Notes: generated by a model not told the origin, from the letters alone. A stretch of 64,000 nt of DNA from Microcoleus sp. (GCA_042408215.1 JAYFMW010000006.1:416001-480000), one strand, 5' to 3'; positions 30,169 through 41,618 are shown, counted from the stretch's first letter. Numbers and translations are program-made.

Positions 30169-31008
30169 ATGTTAAATTTGCTAATTGAGCCTTTAAAATT
30201 TGAGTTTATGCGAAATGCGATCGCGATCGGCATTTTGCTAGGAATTCTCTGCGCGGTGGTCGGCTCCTATTTAATTGTACAGCAAATGGGCATGATGGTT
30301 GACATGATTGCCCATTCGGTGTTAGCAGGATTACCTGTTGCTTTTTCTTTGGGTTTCAATATCTCGATCGGTGCTTTTATATCGGGGATGATCAGTGCTG
30401 TAATTATGGCGTGGATTCAGTCGCGATCGCGAATAAAAATAGATGCAGTAATGGCATTAATTTTATCTACTTTTTTAGCAATTAGCATCACGCTGATTAG
30501 TCTGTTGCGGACAACAAAGTTAGACCTTGACGGGTTTTTGTTTGGCAATATTTTGTCAGTTGCACCTGCTGACGTGCAGCAAACTTTTGTCACAACTTTG
30601 ATAATTTTGGCGGCGGTGAAACTCTTTTACAAAGAATTGTTATTTTATACTTTTGACCCCCTGGGAGCGCAAGCGAGTGGTTTGCCTGTAAACTGGATTT
30701 ATTTGGGGATGATTTCGGCGATTACGCTGACGATTGTTGCGAGTTTGCAAACGGTGGGGGCGCTGTTAGTAATTTCGCTGTTAATCGGGCCGGGAATTAC
30801 TGCGTATTTGTTGGTGAAAGAGTTACATTTAATGATGGGATTTGGAGCGGCGATCGGGATTACAGCTAGCGTGACTGGTATGTATCTCAGCTATTATTTT
30901 AATATGCCCTCTGGTGCGGCGATCGTATTAGTTGTTTTTGGGTTATTCTTACTAGCTTTTTTGTTAAGTCCCAGTCAAGGGATTTTGACCAGAAAGAAAG
31001 GAGAGTAA
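30169..31008 (+). CDS. Metal ABC transporter permease (ZnuB-like)
   Basis: Multi-TM; DMIAHSVLAG, LFGNIL, YKELLFYTFDP; likely start MLNLLIEP. Confidence 0.92.
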   Translation: MLNLLIEPLKFEFMRNAIAIGILLGILCAVVGSYLIVQQMGMMVDMIAHSVLAGLPVAFSLGFNISIGAFISGMISAVIMAWIQSRSRIKIDAVMALILSTFLAISITLISLLRTTKLDLDGFLFGNILSVAPADVQQTFVTTLIILAAVKLFYKELLFYTFDPLGAQASGLPVNWIYLGMISAITLTIVASLQTVGALLVISLLIGPGITAYLLVKELHLMMGFGAAIGITASVTGMYLSYYFNMPSGAAIVLVVFGLFLLAFLLSPSQGILTRKKGE

Positions 31009-31326
31009 GGGAGGAGGGCGGGTTTTGTTACCGAGATTATTGGCGATATCCAAAATTACTGACATTCACCCGCCCCAAGCAATTATAGAGCAGATTCCAC
31101 GTTTATGAAGGACACCCCGGAGCGCTCCCCGTAGGGACACGGCAATGCCGTGTCCCTACTTCATAAACCTGGGATACGCTGTATTATGTCCGATCGCACA
31201 ACCGCTCTAAAATTGGTTTGTAATGAGGACTTCAGTCCTCAAAGTTTTCAGGAGGACTTTAGTCCTCACTACAAACCTGATAACGGTTATTTTACCGGAC
31301 ATAATATTATTCGTTCTTGACACTAC

Positions 31327-32007
31327 TTACTTAGCTTGACAATAGGTTTCATAAACCCCGTCAAGCAGTAAGTTGAAAGCAAAAGTTGCTTTTTCTGCTG
31401 CTAACAACGCTTCCTGTTTTTGTTCATCAGTTTGGCAAAGTTGTAACAGGGCCTCGCGGGTTGCTTGAGAGTGCCACTCATCGGCTTTTTCGTGTACTTT
31501 AAAGAAGGACAAAGCCGATTCTGAATCTATGCCGTAAAATTCCTTAAGACCTGCTATTTTGGTTGTAGACACTTCTGGTATTTGCGCTTCGTAAGCGTAA
31601 AGTGCCGCTAAACCTGTCGCGGGGGATTCGCTGCGCGCTAAGTCTTTGAGCATCCGCACAGATTCGCTGGTTTTTTCTAAGTGTTCGCGCCCCAGAACTG
31701 CGTTTCTGTCTAAACCCAAACCTTCGGCAAACCGCAGCCACAATTCTGGGTGATTAGCGGCACCTCGTTCTTCTTCTATCAGGTTTTCGAGGAGCATTTG
31801 GCGAATTTTGATGTCGTCGCAGGATGCATGGGTAGCGCTGACGTAGGTGGGGAAGTTGTGGACTTGCAGGTAGTATTCCTGGGCGTACTCTTGCAGCATT
31901 GCGAGGTCGAGTTTTCCTTCGTTCCACATTTGGTAGAACGGGTGTTTCAGCAGGTGGTGCTGGTCGAGAATGGCGTTGAGCTGTTCGAGGAATTTTTGTT
32001 CTGTCAT
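31327..32007 (-). CDS. CADD-family (TenA/PqqC-like heme-oxygenase fold) dimetal protein, putative pABA synthase
   Basis: HPFY, LLENLIEEE..NHPELW, ALYAYEAQIP, VHEKADEWH metal-ligand pattern. Confidence 0.8.
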   Translation of the reverse strand: MTEQKFLEQLNAILDQHHLLKHPFYQMWNEGKLDLAMLQEYAQEYYLQVHNFPTYVSATHASCDDIKIRQMLLENLIEEERGAANHPELWLRFAEGLGLDRNAVLGREHLEKTSESVRMLKDLARSESPATGLAALYAYEAQIPEVSTTKIAGLKEFYGIDSESALSFFKVHEKADEWHSQATREALLQLCQTDEQKQEALLAAEKATFAFNLLLDGVYETYCQAK

Positions 32008-32188
32008 AGTTCTCGATCGAGTTTGATGATTGTTCGGGCTACTAAAATCTTATAGTAGTTGGGAATTTTGTAAACAGCAAGTTTTCAATTTTTGAAGGAT
32101 CTCTGTTTTCGCAGTTCTAAGTTTTTCATGTGTTTACCCAGGCCAGGAAACCAGCCCACAGGGCAAAGGTTCGCCAGCAGATTTGCTC

Positions 32189-34564
32189 TCACTCTTTTTG
32201 GGGAGCTAGTTTACGGATGCTAGACGGTACTGGGGAAAAATTCAAATATTCATCATTTCCCTCCTCCAGAACTGGGGATGTGGATAATTTAGGCTTTCGG
32301 CGTTTGATGACGTGATTCGCAACTGTGCCCACGCAAGGAATGCCAAAATTTTCTAATTGACTGAAAACTTTTTTGACTACCGAATACTTGACCTTACGAA
32401 CTGCCACAGTTAACAATATTCCATCGGTGCGTGCTGCTAAAAAATTAGCATCTTTACAGTCAACAAGTGGGGGCGTATCGTAAATAACCAAGTCAAACAT
32501 TGCGTGTAATTCTTCCATTAAATCCCTCATCTGAGATGAGGCAAGTCGTCTAGAAGTACCAGGCTTCGGAACGCCCGCAGTTAATACAAAAAGATCCTCT
32601 GCTAAAGGCGATCGCTGGATAATTTCCTTGGGTTCTGTTTCCTTGTCAAGTAGGTTACTCAATCCCTTAAAGTTCGGCACTCCCAACAGCAAGTGCAGAC
32701 TGGGATCGTGCAAATCCGCGTCTACTAGCAGCACTCGCTGACCGGCCATTGCTGCTAGGTGAGCTAAGTTTAAAGCTATTGTCGATTTGCCTTCGCCAAC
32801 TGTCGCCGAAGCAACCGCCAAAGAGCCGATCGGTCGATTTGAAGAAAGAAAGCGGATGTTAGTATAAAGAGAATCAAAAGCTTCTATAAATTCCTTAGCA
32901 TTTTTCTGCTGCTCCTTAGCATTTTTCTGCTGCCGCTTTTTTCCTTCCAGCGCAGCATAGGCGTTAGCAATAGAAGGGGGCAATTCTTTAGCATTTTTGT
33001 CAAGAGGAATTACTCCCAACAAAGGCACATCAACGCCATCTTTAACGTCGTCCGCACAGTAGAAAATATTACGGAACTTTTCGATGACGATCGCCAGCCC
33101 CAGACCCAACACTAGCCCCCCGACAACAGCCATCATTATTTTGTTTGTATTTTTAGAGGGAACAGGAATCAGGTGTCCCTTAAGGTCCCGCGGTATCTGG
33201 GGTTCAGAAATTATTTCCCAAGGTACTTGGCTTTGAGCAGCTTGTACCCGCAGCGTTTCCCGCTGAGTCAAAAGTTGGTCGCGCGTGCGGGCAGCTATAT
33301 CTAACTGCTGTTGCAGTTCGTTGTAGCGTCGCGCTACGCTGGGAAATTCTCTTGCTTTTCGGTTCAGGTCGTTTTTAGTCTGTAGCACTGCCTGACTGCG
33401 AGCCTCTAAAACCTGAACTTGGTTAGCAGTATCAACTAATTGTTTAATCAGGCCGATCCGAATCGAGTTTTGAAAATTCTGAACTTTAGCATTCGCTTGC
33501 GTGCCTACTAAATTTTGACCCAAAATTCGCTCAGTTTGCTTATTTAGTAACGCTATTAAATTTGCCCGCTTGCGTTCTAAAGCTTCCACTATCGGGTTAG
33601 CAGATTTAAAGCGAGCTGTTTCTACAGCAATCTGGCCTTCTACTTCCTTAACCTTTGTCAGCAACTCTTTGTATTGAGGTTCTTCACTTAAAGCCGACGC
33701 AGCAATAGCTTCATTGGGCGTAAAATCCAATTGTTTTTGCAAGTTAGCATAAAGCGTCTTCTGCTCCTGTAGCAGCCTTTGGGTGTCTAACTCTAAGGTT
33801 TCTATAGTGCGAACTTGCTGGATCAATTGCGCGCCTTGTTCTTTAGGATCGGTGATTTTTTGCTGCTGTTGTATAATCTGCAACTCTGACTTCAAGTCAT
33901 TGACGCGCTTGTTGAGTCCGGGAAGCTGGTCTTCAATAAATTTAACACCTTCACCAATGCGACTTTTGCGTTCGTCAAGGCTGTACTTTAAATATTTCTT
34001 TTTAGTTTCTTGTAAAACAATCTGAACTAATTTAGGGTCTGTCCCCATGTAGCGAACTTCCAAAATTTTAGTTCGATCCAGTTCAGTCATTCCGAGGCGC
34101 AACACGAGGAATCCTTTTTTAAGAATCTCCTCAGTAAATTTTGGCTCTCGTTTTTGGACTTGTTTAGCAATAGCCGACAGCATCTGAGGACTCTGGAGAA
34201 TTTCAAGTTGAGTAGGGTAGTCCAGGCTGAAAAAATCTCGACTTGGCACTACCCCTTCGCGACTGGTGAGGGCCGAGGGGTCGGCAATTCTTGCCTCGGT
34301 GGTGACGGGTTCCACTAGCATCCGAAAATCACCTTGATAGGTTTTCTTGCCACCCTTGATCTGATACACTACTCCACCGCCGACTAGACCTATAATGCCC
34401 ACAATGATTAGGGCTTTTCGCTGAAAAGTCCTCAACAGCGGACCCAGATTCAGTGCTTTCGGAGGCGGGCCGTTTGACTCGTCTGCCTCCTCGGCAGGGA
34501 ATTGCTGCACTTGTCTGCTCTGGTTGCTAATTGGTACAAGATGAGCGTCCTGTTCTGTTTCCAT
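32189..34564 (-). CDS. Wzc/GumC-like polysaccharide co-polymerase with BY-kinase domain
   Basis: Two TM segments around a coiled coil; GEGKST, LLVDADL, VIYDTPP. Confidence 0.9.
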   Translation of the reverse strand: METEQDAHLVPISNQSRQVQQFPAEEADESNGPPPKALNLGPLLRTFQRKALIIVGIIGLVGGGVVYQIKGGKKTYQGDFRMLVEPVTTEARIADPSALTSREGVVPSRDFFSLDYPTQLEILQSPQMLSAIAKQVQKREPKFTEEILKKGFLVLRLGMTELDRTKILEVRYMGTDPKLVQIVLQETKKKYLKYSLDERKSRIGEGVKFIEDQLPGLNKRVNDLKSELQIIQQQQKITDPKEQGAQLIQQVRTIETLELDTQRLLQEQKTLYANLQKQLDFTPNEAIAASALSEEPQYKELLTKVKEVEGQIAVETARFKSANPIVEALERKRANLIALLNKQTERILGQNLVGTQANAKVQNFQNSIRIGLIKQLVDTANQVQVLEARSQAVLQTKNDLNRKAREFPSVARRYNELQQQLDIAARTRDQLLTQRETLRVQAAQSQVPWEIISEPQIPRDLKGHLIPVPSKNTNKIMMAVVGGLVLGLGLAIVIEKFRNIFYCADDVKDGVDVPLLGVIPLDKNAKELPPSIANAYAALEGKKRQQKNAKEQQKNAKEFIEAFDSLYTNIRFLSSNRPIGSLAVASATVGEGKSTIALNLAHLAAMAGQRVLLVDADLHDPSLHLLLGVPNFKGLSNLLDKETEPKEIIQRSPLAEDLFVLTAGVPKPGTSRRLASSQMRDLMEELHAMFDLVIYDTPPLVDCKDANFLAARTDGILLTVAVRKVKYSVVKKVFSQLENFGIPCVGTVANHVIKRRKPKLSTSPVLEEGNDEYLNFSPVPSSIRKLAPQKE

Positions 34565-35533
34565 GTTGACCTCTTTTTTAAAGTTTGCTAAAATCCGCTC
34601 TCTTATGGGATGCTTCTGATTGACACCTTCACCCTTAGTTTAACAATATCACAGGAGATTCTGGGTTGGTCGATTCAAGTTATTTTTAATAGTATTTAAT
34701 AATCATACACCTACTCAATTATTATTTTATGAGGATTTGTAAGTTGTTATTCTGCTTGTATAAGATTATACAACATCGTTGAACTGCTTGGCTATCCACC
34801 CGTTAGCGAACAGTTTTATACATATATTTAAACATATTTATACAGCGATTGACATCGGTCTTTATTAATAGACTAGACTGAGTTCTAAATAAATCCAATC
34901 AATTTTTGATAAAATTTGCTAACCCTCTTTTAGCGATCGACTTTTTCCCCGGAGCTGCTACGCATATAAATTTCTGGCGCAGGGGCGCAGGGGGCGGGAG
35001 CGGGGAGGGGAGGGGGGAGGATTTGACACTTTTTCCACGGATGAGAAAGATGAAGAGAGAAATGGGCGACAGCTTAGCTGCACGGCTGCTTGAACTGAGA
35101 TAGATGCTCCATTGTTTATTATATCACAAACTACTCTCAATCGTTAGGAAATGACATAAAACTTAATTCGTCAAAATTAAATCTTTGACTGCGTACAACC
35201 ATCTCAAATTCTTAGGCGTTACGGTTTATACCAACTTGCACAGAATATACTGCCACTCATGACAGATTGCTATATCTGGTAGATTAGGCTCAAAAAAGAG
35301 CGATTTTGTCCCGTTGAGAAGTTCCCGGCTGTTGAAAGAGAGCGATTTTTTGTTCCCCTGTTTTGTCTCCTCTGTTAGGGTGACTTAAGGGCCGATCAAA
35401 GATCATTAGCCAAATGGCTAATGATTTATTGGCTAATTGGCCCAATCAGCAAGTCGCTAATTTTACTATGCTAAAGTTAATCAGGCTTTAGTTAGGCTTC
35501 AGTATATATATTGTCATCTGTTATCTAAGTATC

Positions 35534-36880
35534 ATGCTCAAAATTTTGGTAATTGAGGACGACGAATTAATCCGGGAAACTCTTCTGCAACTCCTGGAAT
35601 CTCACAGCTATCGGGTCATTGTGGCTCAAAACGGTCGAGTAGGGGTGCAGATGGCACTCTCGGAGATTCCCGATTTAATTTTGTGCGACGTGCAGATGCC
35701 GGAACAGGACGGTTATGAGGTGTTACGGACGCTGCGGCAAAACTCCCTAGCTGCAACAATTCCATTTATTTTTCTCACGGCTCAAGGTGGGAAAGCGGAT
35801 TTTCGCCGGGGGATGGAATTGGGTGCTGACGATTACCTGACGAAGCCGTTTACTAAGGCAGAATTGTTGGGAGCGATCGCCTCTCGCCTCTCGAAACGGC
35901 AAACTATTACTCAACCGCTGATTGTCGCACTCCAGCAAGCAGAAGCCAGACTTAAGGATTTAGCGAACGACTCGACAACTACGAACGCTGTCTCCCCTGA
36001 AAAGTTAGCCTTGGAAGCTTTGCTACGCCACGCTTTGGCACAAGGTGAGTTTCAGGTATACTATCAGCCGCAGGTGGATATTGCTACCGGACAAATTATC
36101 GGTGCAGAAGCTTTGGTGCGCTGGCAAAATCCCGAGCGAGGGATAATTTCTCCCGTAGAATTTATTCCCCTAGCAGAAGAAACAGGGTTGATTATTCCTC
36201 TGGGCGAGTGGGTACTGCTTTCAGCTTGCGCTCAAACCGCTAGTTGGCTGGCTGCTGGGTTTTCGCCGTTTAAGATCTCAGTAAATTTGTCGGCCCGGCA
36301 GTTGTCCGACCCGGATCTCAAGGCGCGAATTGTCCAAATATTAGAAACAACGGGTTTGGAGCCTGCTAATTTAGAATTAGAAATGACTGAAAGCGCTGTG
36401 GTGGAAAATGCTACTGTCGCAGGCGCTACTTTAAATGAACTTAAAGCTCTAGGAATTCGGATTGCTGTTGACGACTTCGGTACTGGTTATGCTACTTTAG
36501 GGTATCTCAAGCAATTTGCTTTTGACAGTTTAAAGATCGATCGAATTTTTGTCCGCAAAGCTAACGAAGATGCTCAAAATGCGGCTATTACTACTGCGGT
36601 AATTTTACTGGGGCACAGTTTGAATATGACAGTGGTTGCTGAGGGGGTAGAAACAGAAGCGGAATTAGCTTTTTTGAAGGAGCAACAGTGCGATATCATG
36701 CAGGGGTATCTGTTCAGCCCTCCCCAACCTGCACCAATATTTGAAAGTTTGTTGGTTGCAAATAATAGTTTGTTCGGGCAGGAGTTGGCGACAGTATCTA
36801 CTGGAGTTGTTCCTTTTGTGCCTCTATCCGATCGACAAAAATCTAAAAATTTCTCTATCTCAGGTTTGGAAGTAGTTTGA
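35534..36880 (+). CDS. Response regulator with EAL (c-di-GMP phosphodiesterase) domain
   Basis: REC (ILVIEDD, DVQMP, DDYLTKP) plus GAEALVRW, DDFGTGY, VVAEGVE; no GGDEF domain. Confidence 0.92.
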   Translation: MLKILVIEDDELIRETLLQLLESHSYRVIVAQNGRVGVQMALSEIPDLILCDVQMPEQDGYEVLRTLRQNSLAATIPFIFLTAQGGKADFRRGMELGADDYLTKPFTKAELLGAIASRLSKRQTITQPLIVALQQAEARLKDLANDSTTTNAVSPEKLALEALLRHALAQGEFQVYYQPQVDIATGQIIGAEALVRWQNPERGIISPVEFIPLAEETGLIIPLGEWVLLSACAQTASWLAAGFSPFKISVNLSARQLSDPDLKARIVQILETTGLEPANLELEMTESAVVENATVAGATLNELKALGIRIAVDDFGTGYATLGYLKQFAFDSLKIDRIFVRKANEDAQNAAITTAVILLGHSLNMTVVAEGVETEAELAFLKEQQCDIMQGYLFSPPQPAPIFESLLVANNSLFGQELATVSTGVVPFVPLSDRQKSKNFSISGLEVV

Positions 36881-37086
36881 CTGTTACCAAGATTTCTTGA
36901 TAATACAACGAAATTGGTGATTCTAACTTCTATTTCTGCCTCAAGGCCTGCGCTTGCTGGAGTAAAAAGTTGTCGCTGTTTTGGAGAGAGGAATAAAAGC
37001 AGGCGATTTTACCCGGAGCTTCTTCAATTACATCCAATTTTGTGGGTTCTGGGCGCGGCATGGGACTTTTAGGGAATTGTGGCGTT

Positions 37087-38431
37087 GTAAATTACCCAGC
37101 ACTAACCTGAGTACAGGTACTGTGTGGGCTTTCAATAGCCCGCTCGATGATCTTGCACATTGCAAAACAATCTCGAACCTTCGGGTTTATTTACGGAAAC
37201 ACCAAGAGCAGCAATATTCTTACTGCCGTTCAAATCAGCATCACCTTTCCAGCCACAATGACCACAAGCAAACCTTTTACCATTTCTATAGGATTCACCC
37301 CGTACAGGATGGATCTGGTTGCACTTGTGGCACATTTGGCTAGTGTATCTAGGCTCAACAAACAAAATCTTGACGCTATGTTTTATGGCTTTTTAGATCG
37401 GGAATTGGCGCAACTGAAAAAACGCCCAGCTATTGCTAAGTCTCCGTTCTTTTTTTGAGCGTGGCTGCTGATTTGTGCGCTCCCTAATTCCCGTCAATTC
37501 TTCCAAAGCGACAACTTGATTTTTGTTTTTAGCCTGAGTTACGATATGGTGACTGATAGTGTGATTTACCAATGTCTGAAAGCGCTTTTCCTGGCCCGAC
37601 AACAGTTTCAACAACTCTCGACATCTGCGCCGAGTGCTGCGCGTGCCTTTCGTAGCTTTTCGCTGGATATTTGCTCTCAACTTGGCATAATGATTTCTAA
37701 CTTTGGTAATTTCTTTGCCGCTAAATGTATCTCCATCAGAAGTAACTGCAATATCAGTCCTACCCAAGTCACAACCCAAAACTCGATCGCAAGGTGGTGG
37801 CTCGGCTGGCTGAGATTCAAGCTGAATATTTAGATAGTAACTACCATCTTTGCGCTTGCACAAAGTAGCAGTCTTGGGATTTTGACCTTTCAGTAATCCA
37901 AGTTGGTAGTTACCGATCGCCAATACAAACCGTTCTCTACCACCAGTAGTAGTCAGACTTACCGTCCAATCTTTTTCCCTGAAATCAAAAATACGGGTAT
38001 CGTAAGTGACGCTAGTAGGAGCAAAGCTGCTGACTGGCGAACCACCTTTTTTAGCTGTTTTTCTGTTACCAGAAACCCGTCTAATAGCATGGATTGCCAA
38101 TTGCGCCGAAAGTCCAAACAGAGCTCTGACGTTGTGATCTACCAAGGATTGCATCGCCAATTCATTTGTCAGAGTTGGCGGCACAGTTTGATTCACATAT
38201 TCACAAGCATTAGCGAACGCCTGAAGGGTTGCATCAATTTTGATGGACTGTTCAGGCGTTACTTGGAGCTTGCAAGATACTGTCAGGACTTGTTTCATGA
38301 CATAATTGTATCACGCTTTGAATAAATTCTGTCTGCGTTTATAGACAATTTGTTTAGCTCTTGAGCCTCACGCGCATTCCTCCCGTCACTCAATGTCGTA
38401 CCGTTAGAGTGCGGGACTCCTGCTGTTTTAG
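37087..38431 (-). mobile_element. IS605-family tnpB-only element
   Basis: Right end AAAG-CCCA...TGGGTAATTTAC at 37087; left end after TCAA with GAGT-CCCG hairpin. Confidence 0.8.
37132..38298 (-). pseudogene. tnpB: tnpB with in-frame nonsense codon at 37395-37393
   Basis: GCDLG and ALEEL motifs; frame continues after TAA into FVEPRYTSQMCHKC...DADLNG. Confidence 0.88.
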
Positions 38432-38464
38432 TTGAAATTCGGAGCTTCGATCGAGTTGCAGCAG

Positions 38465-39806
38465 TTGACACTCCCTGGCGTAAACGCGCAGGGATTCTTT
38501 ATTCTACGAGCTAACTTGCAATGACCGGATTTCTCCAACCAAAGTAGAGGTTAATTCTCCTAAAGCGTTGCTCGGCTCTAGTCCGAAAGTGACCGTATCC
38601 CTACCGTACTCAATCCTCGACTTAAGATGTTTCTAGCTGCGTTTTCATCTCTATCCATCGCACAACCACATTGACAAATGTGGGTGCGAGTGGATAGCGT
38701 TTTTTTCACAATTTCACCACAGTTAGAGCATTCTTGGCTGGTATATGCTGGGTTGACAGCAACCGTGACTCTTTCAAATACTTTGCCAAAGTATTCAAGC
38801 CAGAGCCGGAACTGATACCAAGAAGCGTCGTTAATCGACTTAGCTAGACAGTGATTTTTCACCATATTTTTGATCCTCAAATTTTCCTAAGCTATCAAGT
38901 CGTTTGACGCTCTCTACGCACCGTGCTAATTTCACAGCATGGTCTTTACGTTTCCTACTTATTTTGAGATGGCGCTTACCTAAAATCAGCCTAGCTTTGC
39001 CTCGGTTTTTTGAACCTTTTACTTTTCTTGATAAGCGACGCTGACAAAGCTTCAGAACTTTTTCGCCTGCTCTGAGGAACTTGGGATTTTCAACCATTAC
39101 TCCATTTGAATCGGTGTAATATTCCTTCAATCCAACGTCTAAGCCAATGGTATTGCCATTCGGTTCTATGTTTTCTGTTCGGTCAAGGTCAACGCAAAAT
39201 TGAACGTATACACCGTCTGCTCGTCTTACCAATCTCACCCGTTTGATTTGGCTAATTTGGTAGAAATGCAAATCGCGAGTACCTTTCAATTTAAGTTTTC
39301 CAATCCCTTTTTTCTCGCGAAAGGTTATAGACTTCCTATCTTCAGCGAGTTTCCATCCGCTAGTTTTATACTCGACAGAACGACAATTTTTTTGAAACTG
39401 CGGATACCCTTTTTTGCCGGGAGTTTTCTTTTTACAGTTGTCGTAAAATCGAGAGATGGCAGACCAAGCTCGTTCGGCACTAGGCAAGTCTCGGCTTGAG
39501 AGTTGAGTGCGTCAGCAAATGGAAATTCATGAGCCAGTACGGCACAGTATTTTTGCAAGTCGTACTGCCCAATCTTTTGATTATCCATCCACAGCCGAAT
39601 ACAGGTATTGCGGACAAATTGCGCTGTACGAATTGCTTCATCTACTGCTACAAATTGACTCTTATTTCCGTAGGCCTTAAACTCAAAAACTAGCATTGTT
39701 TGACCTCCCACATTATATTACTCCAGCAGATATAATATTTTCCTATATCTTTGCAAAGCTTTACAAAGCCGTCCTAGAAGGACGGGGCTTTAGACCCAGT
39801 TTTTCG
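38465..39806 (-). mobile_element. IS605-family element, decayed relative of the 51818-53156 element
   Basis: TTAC target at 39810-39807, same left hairpin; right end AGAATCCC...GGGAGTGTCAA. Confidence 0.85.
38504..39696 (-). pseudogene. tnpB: tnpB with multiple frameshifts
   Basis: MLVFEFK start; three ORF pieces collinear with 51857..53047. Confidence 0.88.
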
Positions 39807-39880
39807 GTAAACTCATAAAAGTTCCTATTTGAGGAGCAGCAGTTTCAAGAACTGTCTACGCGAATTGGTGCAAGGCTGGC

Positions 39881-40552
39881 ATGGAAAGAATATTGGTTGT
39901 TGACGATGAAGCAGACTGTCAAACAGTCTTGGCAATGTACTTGGAAAGCCAAGGATACCGGGTTGAATGCGCTAATTCGGGTATTGAGGCACTCTCGATT
40001 TTTGAGAATGACCCCCCTGATTTGGTAATTTCGGATGTCATGATGCCCGATATGGACGGGTTTGAGTTTTGCCGTCGTTTGCGAACTAGCCGTTTAGGAC
40101 AGTTGATACCGTTTATATTTTTGTCTGGTCAAGGGGAGCTAGAATCGAAAGTTGAAGGTCATTCGATCGGAGCTGACGATTATCTGGTCAAACCGTTTCA
40201 GTCCCAGGAAATATTAGCTAAGGTGAAAGCGCAGTTGGAGCGCTCTCATCGCATTCACGCTGAGATTGTCCGACTGCTGCAAAATTCTACGGCGCTGGCG
40301 GTGGAGCCAAAAGTTTTGGCAGTAGTGCCAGCACCTCCACCTTTGCTTTTAACGCCAGCGGAGGAAAGAGTTTTTTGGGAAGTTATTCAGGGGTATACTA
40401 ACAAACAAATTAGCGATCGACTGTTTATTAGCCCCCGGACTGTGCAAGCTCATTTGGGTAGCATTTTCAGCAAGTTACAGTTGGACAATCGCACCCAGCT
40501 TGTAAGATTTGCCTTGGAGAGAGGGTACAAACCCCCTCAAACTTCGCTGTGA
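39881..40552 (+). CDS. NarL/LuxR-family response regulator
   Basis: REC domain plus LTPAEERVF..GYTNKQI..LFISPRTVQAHL HTH. Confidence 0.93.
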   Translation: MERILVVDDEADCQTVLAMYLESQGYRVECANSGIEALSIFENDPPDLVISDVMMPDMDGFEFCRRLRTSRLGQLIPFIFLSGQGELESKVEGHSIGADDYLVKPFQSQEILAKVKAQLERSHRIHAEIVRLLQNSTALAVEPKVLAVVPAPPPLLLTPAEERVFWEVIQGYTNKQISDRLFISPRTVQAHLGSIFSKLQLDNRTQLVRFALERGYKPPQTSL

Positions 40553-41015
40553 AATCAGCTCGATCAAGAGTGAGTAATTCTCAAATCTCAAATCTCAAAT
40601 CGGCTGACTTGAGCGCTCAATTTTTTGTTTTGTTAACTATGTTGTCAAGATGGTTGACAAAAGATGAAAAATGCCGGCGTTGATAGCTATTAGATCAAAA
40701 CTATAAATGTCAGAAGTTCCCGGTTTGATGTTTGAATGTCAAATTTTGCCCAGGGACGATCGTACTTCTACTGAATGTTGTTACCGATACTACCTTTCAA
40801 GAGCGCAGTCGATGTTGGGTGCTTTCTGGTTGGCCGCACATACCCCCAAGTATGGCATGGCAAAGTGCTATTATGTTAGACAGGAAGCATTGTCGGTTTG
40901 GTGTTTTCCCCGACCAAAGCTCCTGTTTTCTGAGGCATAAGTCTTAAGCAGGAACTTTCGCCACAATCAATAATTCCCTCTACAGAAACTGTCTCGCCCT
41001 AACATCTATGATTCT

Positions 41016-41355
41016 CATAAAATTGGGTTTAAAACCCCGTTCTTTTAGGAAGGCTTTGTGTTAGAATATTGAAATACTCAAGAGCTCTCTAGGCTCAAGA
41101 CAGGTTGAAACAGCTACGATGAGAGCCAACTTAGGGACAGCCAAAAGGGCAATGGTTGACTCCAACCCGGAAGCAAGAGTTTAAAGTCAACGCTTCGACT
41201 ACGCTCAGCGCACCGCCCAGGGCATTGGGAGACTCTAAACGGACAGGGACTGAAGGTAAGACTACGACCGGAGCATCAGCCCGATGAACTGTCAAGAATC
41301 ATACTTCGACAAGCGATCGCAACCACCGCAGTTTTTAGGGCGGTGAGTATGTCAA
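41016..41355 (+). mobile_element. ORF-less IS605-derived miniature element (mini 2)
   Basis: Degenerate left hairpin AAAACCCCGTTCTTTTAGGAAGGCTTT; right end AAGAATC...GAGTATGTCAA; carries two small CTTCGAC insertions. Confidence 0.7.
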
Positions 41356-41510
41356 TAAGCCAATGACAGCGAAGTTGTTGCCGATAACTACTGGGGTGTT
41401 TTAAACAGTCGCTAAGCTTGATTCTATGTACACACCAGGAAAGCGGTAATTAACATTCACCAGCCCCCTTTCCTGTAGGACTCTAGCATCAGCGCTTTGG
41501 GTGCCGTCAA

Positions 41511-41618
41511 GAGGTTTCCTTGGCTCCTCCGAGCGTAGACACCAAGCTATTTTACGCGCCCAAGCGCCACAAACAATCGATTCCTACAGTTGGGATGTAT
41601 TACTCCGAAGTTTACTGG
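41511..41618 (+). pseudogene. Fragment of a GT4 glycosyltransferase paralog
   Basis: EVSLAPPSVDTKLFYAPKRHKQSIPTVGMYYSEVYW aligns with DVSLVPPSVNTEQFCSSPRGKQSVPTVGMYYTTTPW of the downstream gene. Confidence 0.75.

Noticed and set aside
40707..40947. Two overlapping small ORFs downstream of the NarL regulator
   Set aside because: No recognisable motif or RBS; neither can be supported
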